From NCBI GenBank assembly GCA_049970895.1, contig JBMFMB010000001.1, positions 135,544 to 199,543 on the forward strand: 64,000 nucleotides of DNA, in the 5' to 3' direction. Both the position numbers and the translations under genes were made by a program. Origin of the DNA: Candidatus Bathyarchaeia archaeon. Lineage in GTDB: Archaea > Thermoproteota > Bathyarchaeia > Bathyarchaeales > Bathycorpusculaceae. Each line of letters starts with the position of its first letter. The stretch's first letter is position 1. Shown here piece after piece: positions 19,734 to 30,788 of the stretch. The notes under the pieces were generated by a model. It searched no databases and had not been told where the DNA came from. It was given only the letters and a program-made list of their open reading frames with translations.

Positions 19734-20519
19734 CTATTTGATTATAAGCCTTGCTATGTCCTCTCGGTCCACTATGCCCATTAGCTTTCCGTCCTTGTCT
19801 ATGACTGGAACCCTTCCAATGTCTTTTGAAACCATTACTTTTGCGACTCTTATCGCCTTAACTGATGGTTGGACAGCGATAACGTTTGTTTCCATGACGG
19901 CTGAAATCTTTGTTGGAGCCCTAAACCTTCCCTTATGCGCCTCAAATGTTGGCATGAGGGTTCCGCTTTCAAGGAGGTCTTTCTGCGTAACGATGCCCAC
20001 AAGCTTGTCTTTGACGACAACAGGGAGTCCGGCTAAAGACTTGTTCTGCATTAACCGCCAAACGTTGTCAACTTCATCGTCTGGAGAACATGCTAGGAGG
20101 TTTGTTGACATTATTTCTGAAACTGGTTTTGCAAGCTTTTCTGGGCTTGTCTTAATTATGTTTTCTATGAAGTTTTCTAAGCCAAAAACTCCCTTCAATA
20201 AGTTTTCTGTTTTGCTGTTTACAACTGGTGTGCACCACTCGTCTACGCGTAGCATCTCCCTAACCGCTTGGAAGGCATCGTCTTCCGTTGTGGCGACATG
20301 CTTTGGGTTTGTCATTATACCTTTCACTTTTATGGACGAAACAGAGGAGGATATGGTCATAACTGCGCCGCGGGAGACTATTCCCAAAAGTTTTCTTTCC
20401 CTGTTTGTGACTGGCAGCATTCTTAGGGAGAAGTCGCGGATGATGGCGCGGGCTTTTGTTGCAAGCTCATCATCATAAATAAAGGGGTGCTTTTCATTTA
20501 ATACTTCTTTGACACGCAA
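19734..20519 (-). CDS. CBS domain protein (4 CBS)
   Basis: LPVV..GIVT, GIVDREDI. Confidence 0.88.
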   Translation of the reverse strand: MRVKEVLNEKHPFIYDDELATKARAIIRDFSLRMLPVTNRERKLLGIVSRGAVMTISSSVSSIKVKGIMTNPKHVATTEDDAFQAVREMLRVDEWCTPVVNSKTENLLKGVFGLENFIENIIKTSPEKLAKPVSEIMSTNLLACSPDDEVDNVWRLMQNKSLAGLPVVVKDKLVGIVTQKDLLESGTLMPTFEAHKGRFRAPTKISAVMETNVIAVQPSVKAIRVAKVMVSKDIGRVPVIDKDGKLMGIVDREDIARLIIK

Positions 20520-20537
20520 AAAATCTCCCCTTTCTCA

Positions 20538-21122
20538 TTATTCACTTTCCAATTCGGCTCTACAATCTTCGCAGAGGAATTCCCCATCCACCTCTTTAAG
20601 GTTGTCCGACCACCCGCCACAGCGGTCGCAGTAGCCAGCTAGGGAGGATTCCTCCTCTTCCACCATGGTTGTTTGGGCTAGGTTTTCGCCTTCTATTAGG
20701 GCTTTCTCCTGAATCGTTTCAATGAGTTCTGGCATGACGGCTAATATGTCCTTGCTGGAAAGAATTCCAATGAGTTGCCCCTTGTAGACTACGCCTAGCC
20801 TCCTAATGTTTAGTCTGCTCATTTTTCTTGCGGCTTCATTTATTGTTTCGTCTGGCTCTATTGTTATGAGTGGAGTGGTCATAACCTCTTTTGCCTTCAA
20901 AGTGTCGGGCTTAACGTTTTTTGCAAGGACCCTTGTTACTAGGTCTCTTTCTGTTATGATTCCTATGGGTTTTCCATCCTTACTGGTCACTATTATGCAT
21001 CCTAAGGCATGCTTGTCCATGAGTTCTGCGACGTGGTTTATTGGGGCGTCCTCATCCACGGTTATCACTGGGCTGCTCATAACGTCTCTAACCAGCATTC
21101 TTGACCTTAAACCGATTTCAGC
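20538..21122 (-). CDS. CBS domain protein with C-terminal Zn ribbon
   Basis: GIITERDL; CDRCG..LCEDC; start approximate. Confidence 0.88.
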   Translation of the reverse strand, partial: AEIGLRSRMLVRDVMSSPVITVDEDAPINHVAELMDKHALGCIIVTSKDGKPIGIITERDLVTRVLAKNVKPDTLKAKEVMTTPLITIEPDETINEAARKMSRLNIRRLGVVYKGQLIGILSSKDILAVMPELIETIQEKALIEGENLAQTTMVEEEESSLAGYCDRCGGWSDNLKEVDGEFLCEDCRAELESE

Positions 21123-21282
21123 CATGTTTTCCCACTGTTCCAAGTTTTTGTGTTTGGCTGCTCACTCAACTCAAAATGTAAAGAGACATTTAAAACTTGT
21201 CGTGTTCCAAGCAATACATCACTTTATGGAGAGGAAACTTATTATCCGAGACCAGCGTTGACTATCCGTCGAGGAGAAAAAC

Positions 21283-22173
21283 GTGTTAAGAACAAACGTT
21301 GACAAGCTTGTTAAGATTTCAGTTGTGGGTGAGGTTGCAAGCCCAGTTTATGGAAGAGGCATATACAATATTTCAGCCGAAGGCGTTCCCATGGTTTTGC
21401 CTGGCGTAGGCGGAATAACCTACAATGTGAGGGTTGGCGATCTGGCATGTGGCTGGGAAGCCGACCACGTGGAGCCAGGAGTAAGCATAGAGAACAAGGA
21501 GAATGATCCACGGTATGGTCAAGGCGCGAATACAGCCTTAAACGTGCTTTCATGTGTTGGGAATGAGGCTGTTGTGGTTTCCGGGGATGCCAAAGGCGCT
21601 AGGGGTGTTGTCACTGGCAAGCATGGTGGGATAGAACATGTGCTTGTGGACTTTCAGCCCGAAACTCTTGAAAAGCTCATGCTTGGCGACAAGGTTCTGG
21701 TGAAGGCTTTCGGCGTAGGCTTGAAGCTTTTGGATTTTCCAGAAATTAAGGTTATGAATATGGACCCGCGCTTTTTGGAGGCTTTAGACCCGAAACCCGT
21801 CGGCGACAAGTTGGAGGTCCCGGTTACGCATGTTATTCCGGCGGCAATTATGGGTTCAGGTTTGGGTGCCAACCAGACTTATTCTGGGGATTATGACATA
21901 CAGCTTTTCGATGAAGCCACAAGGAAGGAGTATGGGCTTGACGATTTGAGGCTTGGCGATTTGGTGGCAATATTGGACGCTGACCATTCTTATGGGCGGA
22001 TTTACCGCAAGGGCGCTGTTTCAGTTGGCATAGTTGTCCACACAAACTGCGTTACTTCTGGGCATGGTCCAGGCGTAACAACCCTCTTCACGTCGTCCAC
22101 TGGGAAGATTATTCCAAAAATTGATTCTAAGGCGAATATTGCTTACATTCTGAAACTGAGAACAGATATATAG
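21283..22173 (+). CDS. DUF4438 family protein
   Basis: PGVGGITYNV, DHVEPGVS, GKHGG, SGHGPGVT. Confidence 0.8.
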   Translation: MLRTNVDKLVKISVVGEVASPVYGRGIYNISAEGVPMVLPGVGGITYNVRVGDLACGWEADHVEPGVSIENKENDPRYGQGANTALNVLSCVGNEAVVVSGDAKGARGVVTGKHGGIEHVLVDFQPETLEKLMLGDKVLVKAFGVGLKLLDFPEIKVMNMDPRFLEALDPKPVGDKLEVPVTHVIPAAIMGSGLGANQTYSGDYDIQLFDEATRKEYGLDDLRLGDLVAILDADHSYGRIYRKGAVSVGIVVHTNCVTSGHGPGVTTLFTSSTGKIIPKIDSKANIAYILKLRTDI

Positions 22174-22221
22174 GTGTGCATGGCTTTATCATGCATAGAA
22201 CAGTCAAAAGGTTGTTGTGTT

Positions 22222-22512
22222 ATGCCATATAAGAGGAAGAGTCGAGGAAGGTCGAAGGGCGCTAAGGGTAGGAGCGGTTTTGTTCAGTGTGCCAACTGCG
22301 GGGAGCTTGTGCCAAGGGATAAAGCAAAAAAAGTGACGCGAAGGCTTTCTTTGGTTGATCCTGCTTTGGCTAGGGAGCTTCGCCAGAAAGGTGCCTACAT
22401 TTCTGCGCCTGTTGACACAAAATATTATTGTGTTTCATGCGCCGTCCATTATGGTATTGTGAAGGTTCGTGCAAGAGAAGAGCGTAAGCTCCGCGTTGGC
22501 AGAAAATTCTAG
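22222..22512 (+). CDS. rps26e: 30S ribosomal protein S26e
   Basis: MPYKRKSRGR, VQCANCG..VPRDKA, YCVSCAVH. Confidence 0.95.
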   Translation: MPYKRKSRGRSKGAKGRSGFVQCANCGELVPRDKAKKVTRRLSLVDPALARELRQKGAYISAPVDTKYYCVSCAVHYGIVKVRAREERKLRVGRKF

Positions 22513-23120
22513 CCTTCGGCGTTTTTCCCTTTCTTGCTTAAAGCCTTATAGGCATATAGGCTTCTCTGCAGCACTGTTAGGTTTGTGAGCACCGCCAACA
22601 GTATCATGCCAGCTTCTATTATGCCAACAAAGAATATTTCGGCTATGCTTGTAGCCGCAATTATTATTATTCGTTCGGCTCTCTCAGCAAAACCTATGGT
22701 TTCCATTTTTATGCCCGCTGCTTCGGCTCTGGCGCGGGAGTAGCTCACCAGCAAAGAGCCTATTAACGCGACGAGACCCCATGGAACTGTGCACAGTTTG
22801 CCCAATATTATGCCCATATAAACCGCTGAGTCTGCGTATCTATCAAGAAGTGAGTCCAAGAAGCCTCCGAAAGGAGTTGTTTTTTGGCATAGTCTTGCTA
22901 AGGCTCCGTCCAGCACATCGCAGTATCCAGATAGCAGAAGTAGGACAACAGCCAAAGCCATTGTTGTGCTTTGGCGTCCGTTGTCGTAGGCCAATGCTGA
23001 AAGAATGGCTAGAAGGATGCCTATGGCGCTTATAATGTTTGGTTTTAAGCCTATCTTGTTGGCGGCTTTTGCTTGGGTTTTTATGGCTGACTGCACCTTT
23101 GCCTTTAGCCTTGTCAGCAT
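22509..23120 (-). CDS. CDP-alcohol phosphatidyltransferase (archaetidylinositol-phosphate synthase-like)
   Basis: DVLDGALAR..GGFLDSLLDR, SYSRARAE. Confidence 0.88.
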   Translation of the reverse strand: MLTRLKAKVQSAIKTQAKAANKIGLKPNIISAIGILLAILSALAYDNGRQSTTMALAVVLLLLSGYCDVLDGALARLCQKTTPFGGFLDSLLDRYADSAVYMGIILGKLCTVPWGLVALIGSLLVSYSRARAEAAGIKMETIGFAERAERIIIIAATSIAEIFFVGIIEAGMILLAVLTNLTVLQRSLYAYKALSKKGKNAEG

Positions 23121-23197
23121 GTTGTTTCGCTTTTTCTTTGTGGCAATTTTTATTTAAAAATTACAACACATCATGAGGCTGTGGGTGAAATGGCTCC

Positions 23198-23491
23198 ATG
23201 ATAAATGTGGCTCAAGTTAAGGTTGGCAATAAAACATGCTTAGGTGTTAAAGTTGAGCTTCCAGAATCGCCTCCGCTGATTTTGATTTTGGCGGAGAAGG
23301 GTTTTGTTATGTGCGGATTCCTAAACATTGAGGTTGCAGAACGCTGGGGAGTGGTTGCGGCCATGGTGAGCGGAGTAAAAACCTTTGAAGACATTTTAAA
23401 CGCCGAGGTTAAGGCTGCCACTTCAAAGGCTAAGGGCATGGGCGTTCAGCCCGGAATGCGGGGTGCAGAAGCACTAGCGCGTATGCTGTAA
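23198..23491 (+). CDS. DUF1805 / YunC family protein
   Basis: KGFVMCGFLN, GVKTFED, GMRGAEAL. Confidence 0.8.
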   Translation: MINVAQVKVGNKTCLGVKVELPESPPLILILAEKGFVMCGFLNIEVAERWGVVAAMVSGVKTFEDILNAEVKAATSKAKGMGVQPGMRGAEALARML

Positions 23492-23651
23492 ATGTCAATT
23501 TTGCTGTTGGCGGCATACTGCAAAATACCTAGTACCTACCCCCTATAGTTTCTGCACTTGCCTGCTCAAATTTATGCTCTGCACCTTTTGTAAATTGGAT
23601 ACCCTTGTAGGGATTTCGGCTTATTGGATGGAAAATGGTTGCAGAAAAAGC

Positions 23652-24900
23652 TTAAGGTGACCTTCCCTTTCCCTCTAGCTCTGCTTGACTTTTGGTTCAG
23701 TTACGAAAATGGTTGTTGCCACCGCTGTGGATGCCATGGCGACTAGCAGAAGAAGGAATGGCGCCATTTTTGAAATCGTTTCATAGAGGAAGCCGCCTAA
23801 AAGCAGCGCCGCAGATCCGAGGAGGCAGTCTATGAAGTTTGAAAATCCCAAAAGTTTTCCTCTGTACTCTTTTGGGGGTTAGGTCAGCTTGTAGGGATAA
23901 GTATGCAGTAAAGACTAGGACGTTGCAGATTGCCGAAAACATTGAAAAGGCGTACAATCCCAAAGGGTTGCCGTGTAGAAACAATGCCACCGCAAGGGCT
24001 CCGGATATGGAGGAAAAGATTAGTGGCTTCTTTCTGCCAATTTTGTCCACCATCTTGTCTACTGGAAGCAGTGTGCAGAAAAATGTTATTGAATTGACGG
24101 TTTGCAGAACTGCCCATTGGAGTTCATCTACTCCTAAAACTTTGGTGGCGTAAAGCACGTAGTAGGGTATGCACATCCTAACAAAAAACAGGAGGGGCGT
24201 GAAGATGAGGAAAAGGTAAAGCGTCGCTTTTGGTAAGAATTTCCAGATGGTTACGCACTCTTTAAAGGCTTTAGGGTATTCTTTCAGAAACTCTGAAAAG
24301 GAAAATCCAGCTCTCTCAGTTTTCACCGTCTCCCTCAACCTTAGAAGTATTATTCCGGAGATAAGCCAGCATATGGAAACTATTATGTAGGCTGTCTCAT
24401 TCCGGCTACCAGCTCATATTTTAGGCATAATATTCCGGCGACAACTGGCGAAAGGATGGAGGTTACACAGGCAAGCATGGAAAGCGAATAGCCTAGACCA
24501 CGCTTTTCTGGTGGGAAGAGTCTGCAACCAACGCTAACATTGCCTGCTGGGCTATGGTGACTATGCCTATTAGCACTTCGCCTAAAAGGATGAAGTGCCT
24601 GTTGGAGCAGCAGCGAAAACAAGGTATATGAGGGTTCTGGAAAAGCTTGCACCCACAATTAGAGCTTTCTCCCCCTCTTGTCCGCCCAGTAACCGTCAGC
24701 CAACTGTAGAAAAGCCATGACAAACCATGATGCCGACAAAATTGAACTTATTGTAAAAGGTGGGCCGCCCAAAGACTCAACGTAAAGCGAATAATAGTGT
24801 CTGGAAGAAGGTGGGCAAAATCTGTAAAAGCCCAGACGGCCAAGAGTATGAAAACGTTTCCAATAACGAAGCTGAATTCCTCTTTGAAACGCCTAAACAT
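23652..24900 (-). pseudogene. MFS transporter pseudogene
   Basis: MFS fragments in several frames (MFRRFKEEFSF, VADS..EKRG, VDKIGRKKP, SLQADLTP); resembles the intact MFS at 34057-35316; ends approximate. Confidence 0.75.
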
Positions 24901-25104
24901 TTTACATGAATTTTTGGCTGGTTTTTCAGCCAATAGCAACTATCCCCTCTTTAGAATTTTACAACAACTAGGGTTGGGTACTATTAAAATAATGTGTATT
25001 CTTTAAAAAGTGAAGTGGTGTGTTTAATAACGAAGGCGCTTGTTGCTGGTGGAAACTTCACCACGTTTAATCGCTAGAATAATTTATTTTTTCTAACGAG
25101 GCTT

Positions 25105-25464
25105 TCATAAAAGTAGAAGTTCTAGCGGCTTTAGCTCACCCGTTACTGGGTCAACTTGCAGTCCAAGTTCTTCAAGAGTTGTCACACCAAGAACTTCCGC
25201 GTCGGAGTTTTCGCCGAAGATTATGATTGAGTATGTGCTTTGCCCGTTTATCTCTATCTCTGCGGCTCCAACCTCCCGCTCGACAAGTCTTCCGTCAGCT
25301 GTTTTGAATTTTCGTTTGCCCCGCGGCTTTATTTGAAGCCCTTCAAGAAAATTGCGTTTAATCATAGTATATATTGAGCCGGTGTCAGCGAGAAGTTCCC
25401 TTTCGGCTTCGAGTTCTGGCATGTGGATGTTTCGAATTTTCACCCTGACCCTAACGTAGCCCAT
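25105..25464 (-). CDS. clan AA (retropepsin-like) aspartic protease
   Basis: LADTGS catalytic motif; LGVTTLEELGLQVDP. Confidence 0.85.
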   Translation of the reverse strand: MGYVRVRVKIRNIHMPELEAERELLADTGSIYTMIKRNFLEGLQIKPRGKRKFKTADGRLVEREVGAAEIEINGQSTYSIIIFGENSDAEVLGVTTLEELGLQVDPVTGELKPLELLLL

Positions 25465-25545
25465 CTTAGGCGCTTCTCCATTAAATTATTCTTTGACAAT
25501 GCTAATAAGTGCTTCCCAGCTTATCACCGAAACTGGCTGGAGGGC

Positions 25546-26154
25546 ATGCACTCTTCGAAAGGGGCTGTTTTGGAGGCTGTTGCTTCAGAGGTTAGGGCTT
25601 GCAGGAAATGTGGTCTTTGGCGAACTCGCAAAAATGCTGTTCCAGGCGATGGCAGTCCAGAAGCACAAATAATGTTTGTTGGTGAGGCTCCGGGTTACTG
25701 GGAAGATGTTAAGGGAAAGCCCTTTGTTGGGGCTGCCGGAAAGTTTTTGGATTCGCTTTTGGCTGAGGCTGGCTTGTTCAGAAGCCAGGTCTTTATCGGG
25801 AATGTTTTGAAGTGTCGTCCGCCTAGCAACCGTGAGCCAGCCCCCGCCGAAATTGAGGCTTGCACGCCTTTTTTGGATAGGCAGATAGCCGCCATACAGC
25901 CAAAAATAATAGTTACCCTTGGGAATTATTCAACAGCCTACATTTTCGCAAAGGCAGGTATAACCTTTAAGGGTATAACAGAGGCTAGGGGCAAATTTTA
26001 CCAAGCAAATGTTTTGGGCTTGGCTGTAACTGTTTTTCCGACTTTGCATCCTGCTGCTGGGCTTTACAGTGCCAAATATAAACAACTGCTTATAGGGGAT
26101 TTTAGGATGCTTAAGGCGAAAATTTTGGAGCTGGGGGTGGCTGTTTCAGTCTAG
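25546..26154 (+). CDS. udg: uracil-DNA glycosylase family 4
   Basis: CRKCGL Fe-S cysteines, GEAPG, PFVGAAG, KCRPP, HPAA; ATG at 25546 inferred. Confidence 0.92.
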   Translation: MHSSKGAVLEAVASEVRACRKCGLWRTRKNAVPGDGSPEAQIMFVGEAPGYWEDVKGKPFVGAAGKFLDSLLAEAGLFRSQVFIGNVLKCRPPSNREPAPAEIEACTPFLDRQIAAIQPKIIVTLGNYSTAYIFAKAGITFKGITEARGKFYQANVLGLAVTVFPTLHPAAGLYSAKYKQLLIGDFRMLKAKILELGVAVSV

Positions 26155-27060
26155 CTTTTTGGCATTTTTCAACTCCTTTAGGATCTCATCTGCGCTCTTG
26201 TATGTTTTTGATGGCAGTTCCGCCAGTAAATCCGCCAGCCTAACCTGTTTGCCCTCTTCGATTTCCGCAAGCCTCCAGCCCACCTTCTTGACCAGCATGC
26301 TTTTTTGCGCTGGATACCGTGTTTTCGATATAACGCTTTTCACGGATTCCAAGCCAACATTGCCGGTGATTTTTGGGAATTTCCCGCTTTGAAGGTATTG
26401 CATGAAGCGTAATCCATCCTCAAACATGGCGAGATTGTTGAATAGCACATAAACCGTTTTGCCTTGAGCCTCAAAATTTTTGGCTATCTCACCCAGTTTC
26501 CTTAGTTCCTCATCCGTGTACTGGTAGTAGTATAGTTCTTCGCCCAAGCCGTGCAGTCGGAAATAGGCGGTTTGGCTTATATAGGCTGGTAAGATTCGGA
26601 ACGGGTCTGTTACATGCACGATGTCTAGGCTGCTTAAAACTTGGCGGAGCTTTTCATAAACTTCTGGTTTTTCCCACCCTGGTCCGCGGGTTTCCCAAAC
26701 TAGGGTTAAGCCTTCACGGTTCACTCCCTTAAAGAATTTTTCCGCCTCTCCGAGTTTGTCTGGGCGGAAAGACCCTGGCGTCTGTATCAACAATATTTTC
26801 GCGTTTAATGTTTTGCATATCTGCTTCATGATTTCAAAGGCTTTCAGGCTTGTTTCATCCAAATGCATTTTTGCCTTGTGGCTTATGTCTTGGTGGGCTT
26901 TAACAGTGAATTCAAAGTTTTGTGGGGCTTTTTCACGCCATCCCGCGACGGTTTCCAGCTTCGGATACTCGTAAAATGTGCTGTTTAATTCTACTAGGGT
27001 GTAGTTTTCGAAGTAGCGTTTCATCGAGGTTGGAAAGCCGCAACACCCAACCTTTATCAA
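26146..27060 (-). CDS. DUF72 family protein with C-terminal extension
   Basis: VGCCGF, VELNSTFY, WETRG, YFRLHG, FNN. Confidence 0.88.
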   Translation of the reverse strand: MIKVGCCGFPTSMKRYFENYTLVELNSTFYEYPKLETVAGWREKAPQNFEFTVKAHQDISHKAKMHLDETSLKAFEIMKQICKTLNAKILLIQTPGSFRPDKLGEAEKFFKGVNREGLTLVWETRGPGWEKPEVYEKLRQVLSSLDIVHVTDPFRILPAYISQTAYFRLHGLGEELYYYQYTDEELRKLGEIAKNFEAQGKTVYVLFNNLAMFEDGLRFMQYLQSGKFPKITGNVGLESVKSVISKTRYPAQKSMLVKKVGWRLAEIEEGKQVRLADLLAELPSKTYKSADEILKELKNAKKLD

Positions 27061-27090
27061 GGCTTAAACCCACCCTACGCCTAAACGGCT

Positions 27091-27858
27091 TTATGTGCTC
27101 ACTTTTGGGGGTGGGCGGACCGCCTTCCCAAGCTTTCTTCTTAAGGCTATGCGGTAAAGCTTCCTTAACGATTTTACAAGCTGCTCGACTGTTGGCAGTG
27201 CCGAATAGATTAGTGGTATTCGGTCGTATTCCGCCAATCTAATGGAGTATTCGTCTGGCTTGACACCGTGGAAAACGACAACCTTTGGTTTTAGGCTGCT
27301 CATGCGAACAAGCATCATAGGCGAGTTCTCATTTCCAATGTTTGTGAAGATTAGTGCGCGTTCTGTTGTGGCGCCGAAGAGCTGGGAATACTCAAAACCG
27401 GAAAGCGTCTCAATGGTCTTTTTGCTGTCCACAACTGTGTAGCCCAAAACATCCCGAACGTTTGGGCTTGAACAAGCCACAATTTCGCCCTTTATGGCTT
27501 TACACAAATACTCCACACGCACGGGAATTGGAAACTCGCGTAAGTCCACAACAGCCATGCTAGGCGAACTGGTTAGTTTGGCAAATTCGCGGATAAATCG
27601 GCTTCCCCGCTCCTCATCAATCTTTAAAAGTGCCCAGACAAAACGCCTAACAAACTTTGTTCCAGGACTTTTTCGCCTTCCGCTCTCATAGTCGCTTATA
27701 ACCGATGGCGAAAGCATCATTTTATCAGAAAGCGTTGTCTGGGAAACCCCAAACAACTCGCGCCACTTTCGCATAGTGGCTCCTGGCTTGTTTGAGAGGA
27801 TTATCTCGCCGGCGATTCGCCTTGCAAGAACTTCGCGAACACTCGGAGACACAGACAT
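27091..27858 (-). CDS. XRE-type HTH transcriptional regulator (COG1709-like)
   Basis: RIAGEII..MRKWRE..SPSVISDYESGRRKSPG. Confidence 0.85.
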   Translation of the reverse strand: MSVSPSVREVLARRIAGEIILSNKPGATMRKWRELFGVSQTTLSDKMMLSPSVISDYESGRRKSPGTKFVRRFVWALLKIDEERGSRFIREFAKLTSSPSMAVVDLREFPIPVRVEYLCKAIKGEIVACSSPNVRDVLGYTVVDSKKTIETLSGFEYSQLFGATTERALIFTNIGNENSPMMLVRMSSLKPKVVVFHGVKPDEYSIRLAEYDRIPLIYSALPTVEQLVKSLRKLYRIALRRKLGKAVRPPPKVST

Positions 27859-27968
27859 GTAAGTGTTACCCTTCCCAGTCCGCCAAGTTTCACCTCTAGA
27901 AATATGCTGGTATAAAACTGTACCGCTTCGAGCATGACGACGGAAAGAAAAAGGAGGATGTGAGATGA

Positions 27969-29013
27969 TTAGAGTATTGAAGCTCTATTCAATGGAAAAG
28001 CTGTGGTCACCCTTATGTCGTCTGCTCCCAAGACAAACTGTGTAACCCTGTTTAGCCCTATGCCGCAGCCGGAATGCAGAACACGGTGCTCCTTGTAGAA
28101 TTCCAAGTACCAGTGGAAGTCCTCGATGCTTCCACCCTTTTCGACAAGCTGCTTAAACATTGTTGAGCTCACAAGCCTCTCGTAGAGCTTCTCGTAGCGG
28201 TACTCCCGCTCCGCTGCGCCGACGGCTTCGCCGCTCATGGGCAAAAGCAAATCGGCACTATTGACGACGGCTGGGTTTTCGTCGTTTTCCCTCATGTTGA
28301 AGAATTTTATGGCTTTTGGGAAGTGGGTCACAAAAAGTGGCTTGTTGCCCACCATTTGGACGAGAGCCTTCTCATGGACACTTTTTAGGTCGTCGCCCCA
28401 TTTTACGCCGTAATTAGCCAACAAGCCAACAGCCTCGGTGTAGGTTATTTTCTCGAAGGGCTTTCTAACCCGCTTTAAACGGTCCGCGTCTACGCCTAGA
28501 AGCTCCAGCTCTTTTCCGCGTTCAGCAAGCACACAGCCCACCATTGAGCATATTACGCCCTCAATGTGTTCTAGAAGCTGCCCAAAGTCTCCGGCGAACT
28601 CCAACTCTATTAAGGTGAACTCCGTTAAGTGGCGCTCGTCAACGGATGGCTCAGCCCTAAAGCTTGGTCCAATGCACCAGACCTTGCCTAGGAAGGGTGT
28701 TAAAACCTCTAGGTAGAGTTGGGCTGTTTGGCTTAGGTATCGCCTCTTGCCAAAATAGTCCACCTCAAACATTGTTGCGATGTTTTCGCATGCGCCAGTA
28801 GCCCTTGTCAGATGCGGTACAACAACCTCCACAAAGCCATGCTCCTCAAAGTATCGTCTTGCACCCTTCAGCAGACTTGCCTCTATTTTGACAACAGCCG
28901 AAAGTTCTGGCTTTGAAAGCAGTTTGTGGCGGTTTTCTGTCGCTTTTAGAAGGGATAGGGGTTTTACACTTTGCTTTTCAGAAATTTTTCCAATCTCACT
29001 AAGTTGGGTCTCC
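27969..29013 (-). CDS. AsnRS-like catalytic-domain-only protein (archaeal asparagine synthetase A)
   Basis: LSQTAQLY, SFRAE..RHLTEF, GCGIGLNR; no OB-fold anticodon domain; start approximate. Confidence 0.8.
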
Positions 29014-29082
29014 ACGACCCACACCGAGCATTCAAGGTTCAACCATATAAACTTTTTCAACAAGCACTTGTGGAAAACGAGG

Positions 29083-29991
29083 CTATTCCATAAAAACCAA
29101 AAAGATTCCAGCCACAACCAATGCTGAGCCTATCGCAACCTTAGCCGTAACCTTTTCACGTAGGAAAATCACACCAAATAAGGCTGAAAAAAGGGGTGTT
29201 ACCGAAGATATGGGAACGGCTTGTGCCTCTGGAATGTAAATGAAGCTTGTTGTTAGAAAGAACCACCCAAGCCCGATGGCTATTAAGCCTCCAGCCAAAA
29301 GCATAACCACAGTTTTTCTTTTCATTTTTTGAATGAAGCGTCTCACATTACCGAAAGGAGTCAAAGCCAGCAGAGAAACAGCCACCGCCACGAGTCGAAG
29401 AGTGTTTATGGCGTAGGCTTGTTCCAAGCTGGCGGATGCCTTAACAGCCAAATTAATCATCGAAATGCTCACAGACCAAGCGATAGCCGTTGCCAAGGCA
29501 AATATAAAGCCTCTAACCCACAGTCTTTTCCAACCCTCACCGGAGCCTTTGTTTTGGTTTTGCTGTTTTTCTCCGCTGGTTAAAAGCCAAATCCCAAAAA
29601 CAATTGCCAGCGCTCCGAGGACAACTGGTAGCGTAATGGTTTCGCTTGCAAAGAGGTAAGCCCAAACAAGGCTGAAGAGGGGGTAAGTGCATGTTATTGG
29701 AACAGCCCTTGCCACACCGAGAATTTCGAGGCTGTTCATATAAAGGGTGTCGCCCAACCCTAACCCAATTAAGCCACTAACGGAGGCTAGCAAAACCACT
29801 TGGGCTGGCAAACTTGCAAAAACATGGATTTTCCCAATTAGGGCGAAAAACAAAACAAGAATTAGGCTTGTTCCAGCGCAGCGAACAACATTAGCTGAAA
29901 TAGGCTTCATCTCAGATAGAGCCTTCTTATAAAGCACGGCTGAGAAGGTCCAGCATAAAGCAGCCCCCAAAGCCGCCAACTCGCCAACCAT
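29083..29991 (-). CDS. EamA/DMT family transporter
   Basis: about ten hydrophobic segments, two EamA repeats (FLREKVT). Confidence 0.88.
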   Translation of the reverse strand: MVGELAALGAALCWTFSAVLYKKALSEMKPISANVVRCAGTSLILVLFFALIGKIHVFASLPAQVVLLASVSGLIGLGLGDTLYMNSLEILGVARAVPITCTYPLFSLVWAYLFASETITLPVVLGALAIVFGIWLLTSGEKQQNQNKGSGEGWKRLWVRGFIFALATAIAWSVSISMINLAVKASASLEQAYAINTLRLVAVAVSLLALTPFGNVRRFIQKMKRKTVVMLLAGGLIAIGLGWFFLTTSFIYIPEAQAVPISSVTPLFSALFGVIFLREKVTAKVAIGSALVVAGIFLVFME

Positions 29992-30072
29992 TCCAGACAG
30001 CCTTAAAGGGAAGAGTGCCTTAAACCACTAAAATATTTAACCTTTCAATAAAAGGTATTAGCCGGGTTTAAA

Positions 30073-30771
30073 ATGCGGCCCATAACAGTTTACTGGTGCG
30101 CCGAAGCAGCCTCAAAGTTTCCGCAATTAGCCATAAGCATAGGAACGATTAACGGCGTTGTTGTGGAAAAGGAGAACACTAAAATAAGAGAGCTGAAGAG
30201 GGCTTTATACAACGAGGTCAGAGCCCATCACAGTGTTGAGGGGCTTAAGGATAACCCTGTTGTGAGAGCTTACCGGGACTTTTATTGGCGGCTGGGCATA
30301 GACCCAACAAAGATAAGGCCTTCCGGTGAAGCCTTGCTGAGGAGAGTTTTACACGGCGAAGAGCTCCCAACCATTTCGACGGCTGTGGACGCCTACAATT
30401 TGGCTTCTATGAAGACCATAATCCCAGTAAGCGGCTTCGACATGGACACGCTTCATCCACCCTTCAATGTGCGTTTTGCAGAAAACGGCGAACAGTTCAC
30501 CGGTATTGGAATGGAAAAGCCGATGGCACTGACAAGCAACATGCTTGTTTTAGCTGACAGCCTAAAGGTTTTGTGTGTATACCCCCACAGAGACGCTGAT
30601 CAAACAAAAATTACGCTAAACACGAAAAACATACTCTTAGTGGCTTATGGAGCGCCGGGAATAACAAGCCAACAACTGGAAGAGGCAGTGAAAACAGCCC
30701 TAGAATACATTAGATTGTGCTGCGGCGGAGAAATTGAAACAATAAAAGTTTTTAGCCCGACTCAAAAATAG
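30073..30771 (+). CDS. stand-alone B3/B4 (PheRS beta editing-like) domain protein
   Basis: AYRDFYWRLGIDPTKIRPSGEALLRR, VDAYNLAS. Confidence 0.85.
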   Translation: MRPITVYWCAEAASKFPQLAISIGTINGVVVEKENTKIRELKRALYNEVRAHHSVEGLKDNPVVRAYRDFYWRLGIDPTKIRPSGEALLRRVLHGEELPTISTAVDAYNLASMKTIIPVSGFDMDTLHPPFNVRFAENGEQFTGIGMEKPMALTSNMLVLADSLKVLCVYPHRDADQTKITLNTKNILLVAYGAPGITSQQLEEAVKTALEYIRLCCGGEIETIKVFSPTQK

Positions 30772-30788
30772 GCTCTGGGTGCCCCAGC

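Noticed and set aside
18824-20478. Long plus-strand ORFs opposite the CBS genes (and similar ones opposite cdc48, ths and gck)
   Set aside because: Antisense shadows of well-supported genes with no recognisable motifs.
27930-27985. C/D-box-like motifs (ATGACGA..TGA) between the HTH and AsnRS-like genes
   Set aside because: No canonical CTGA D box; the region is explained by a pyrimidine-rich terminator on the minus strand.
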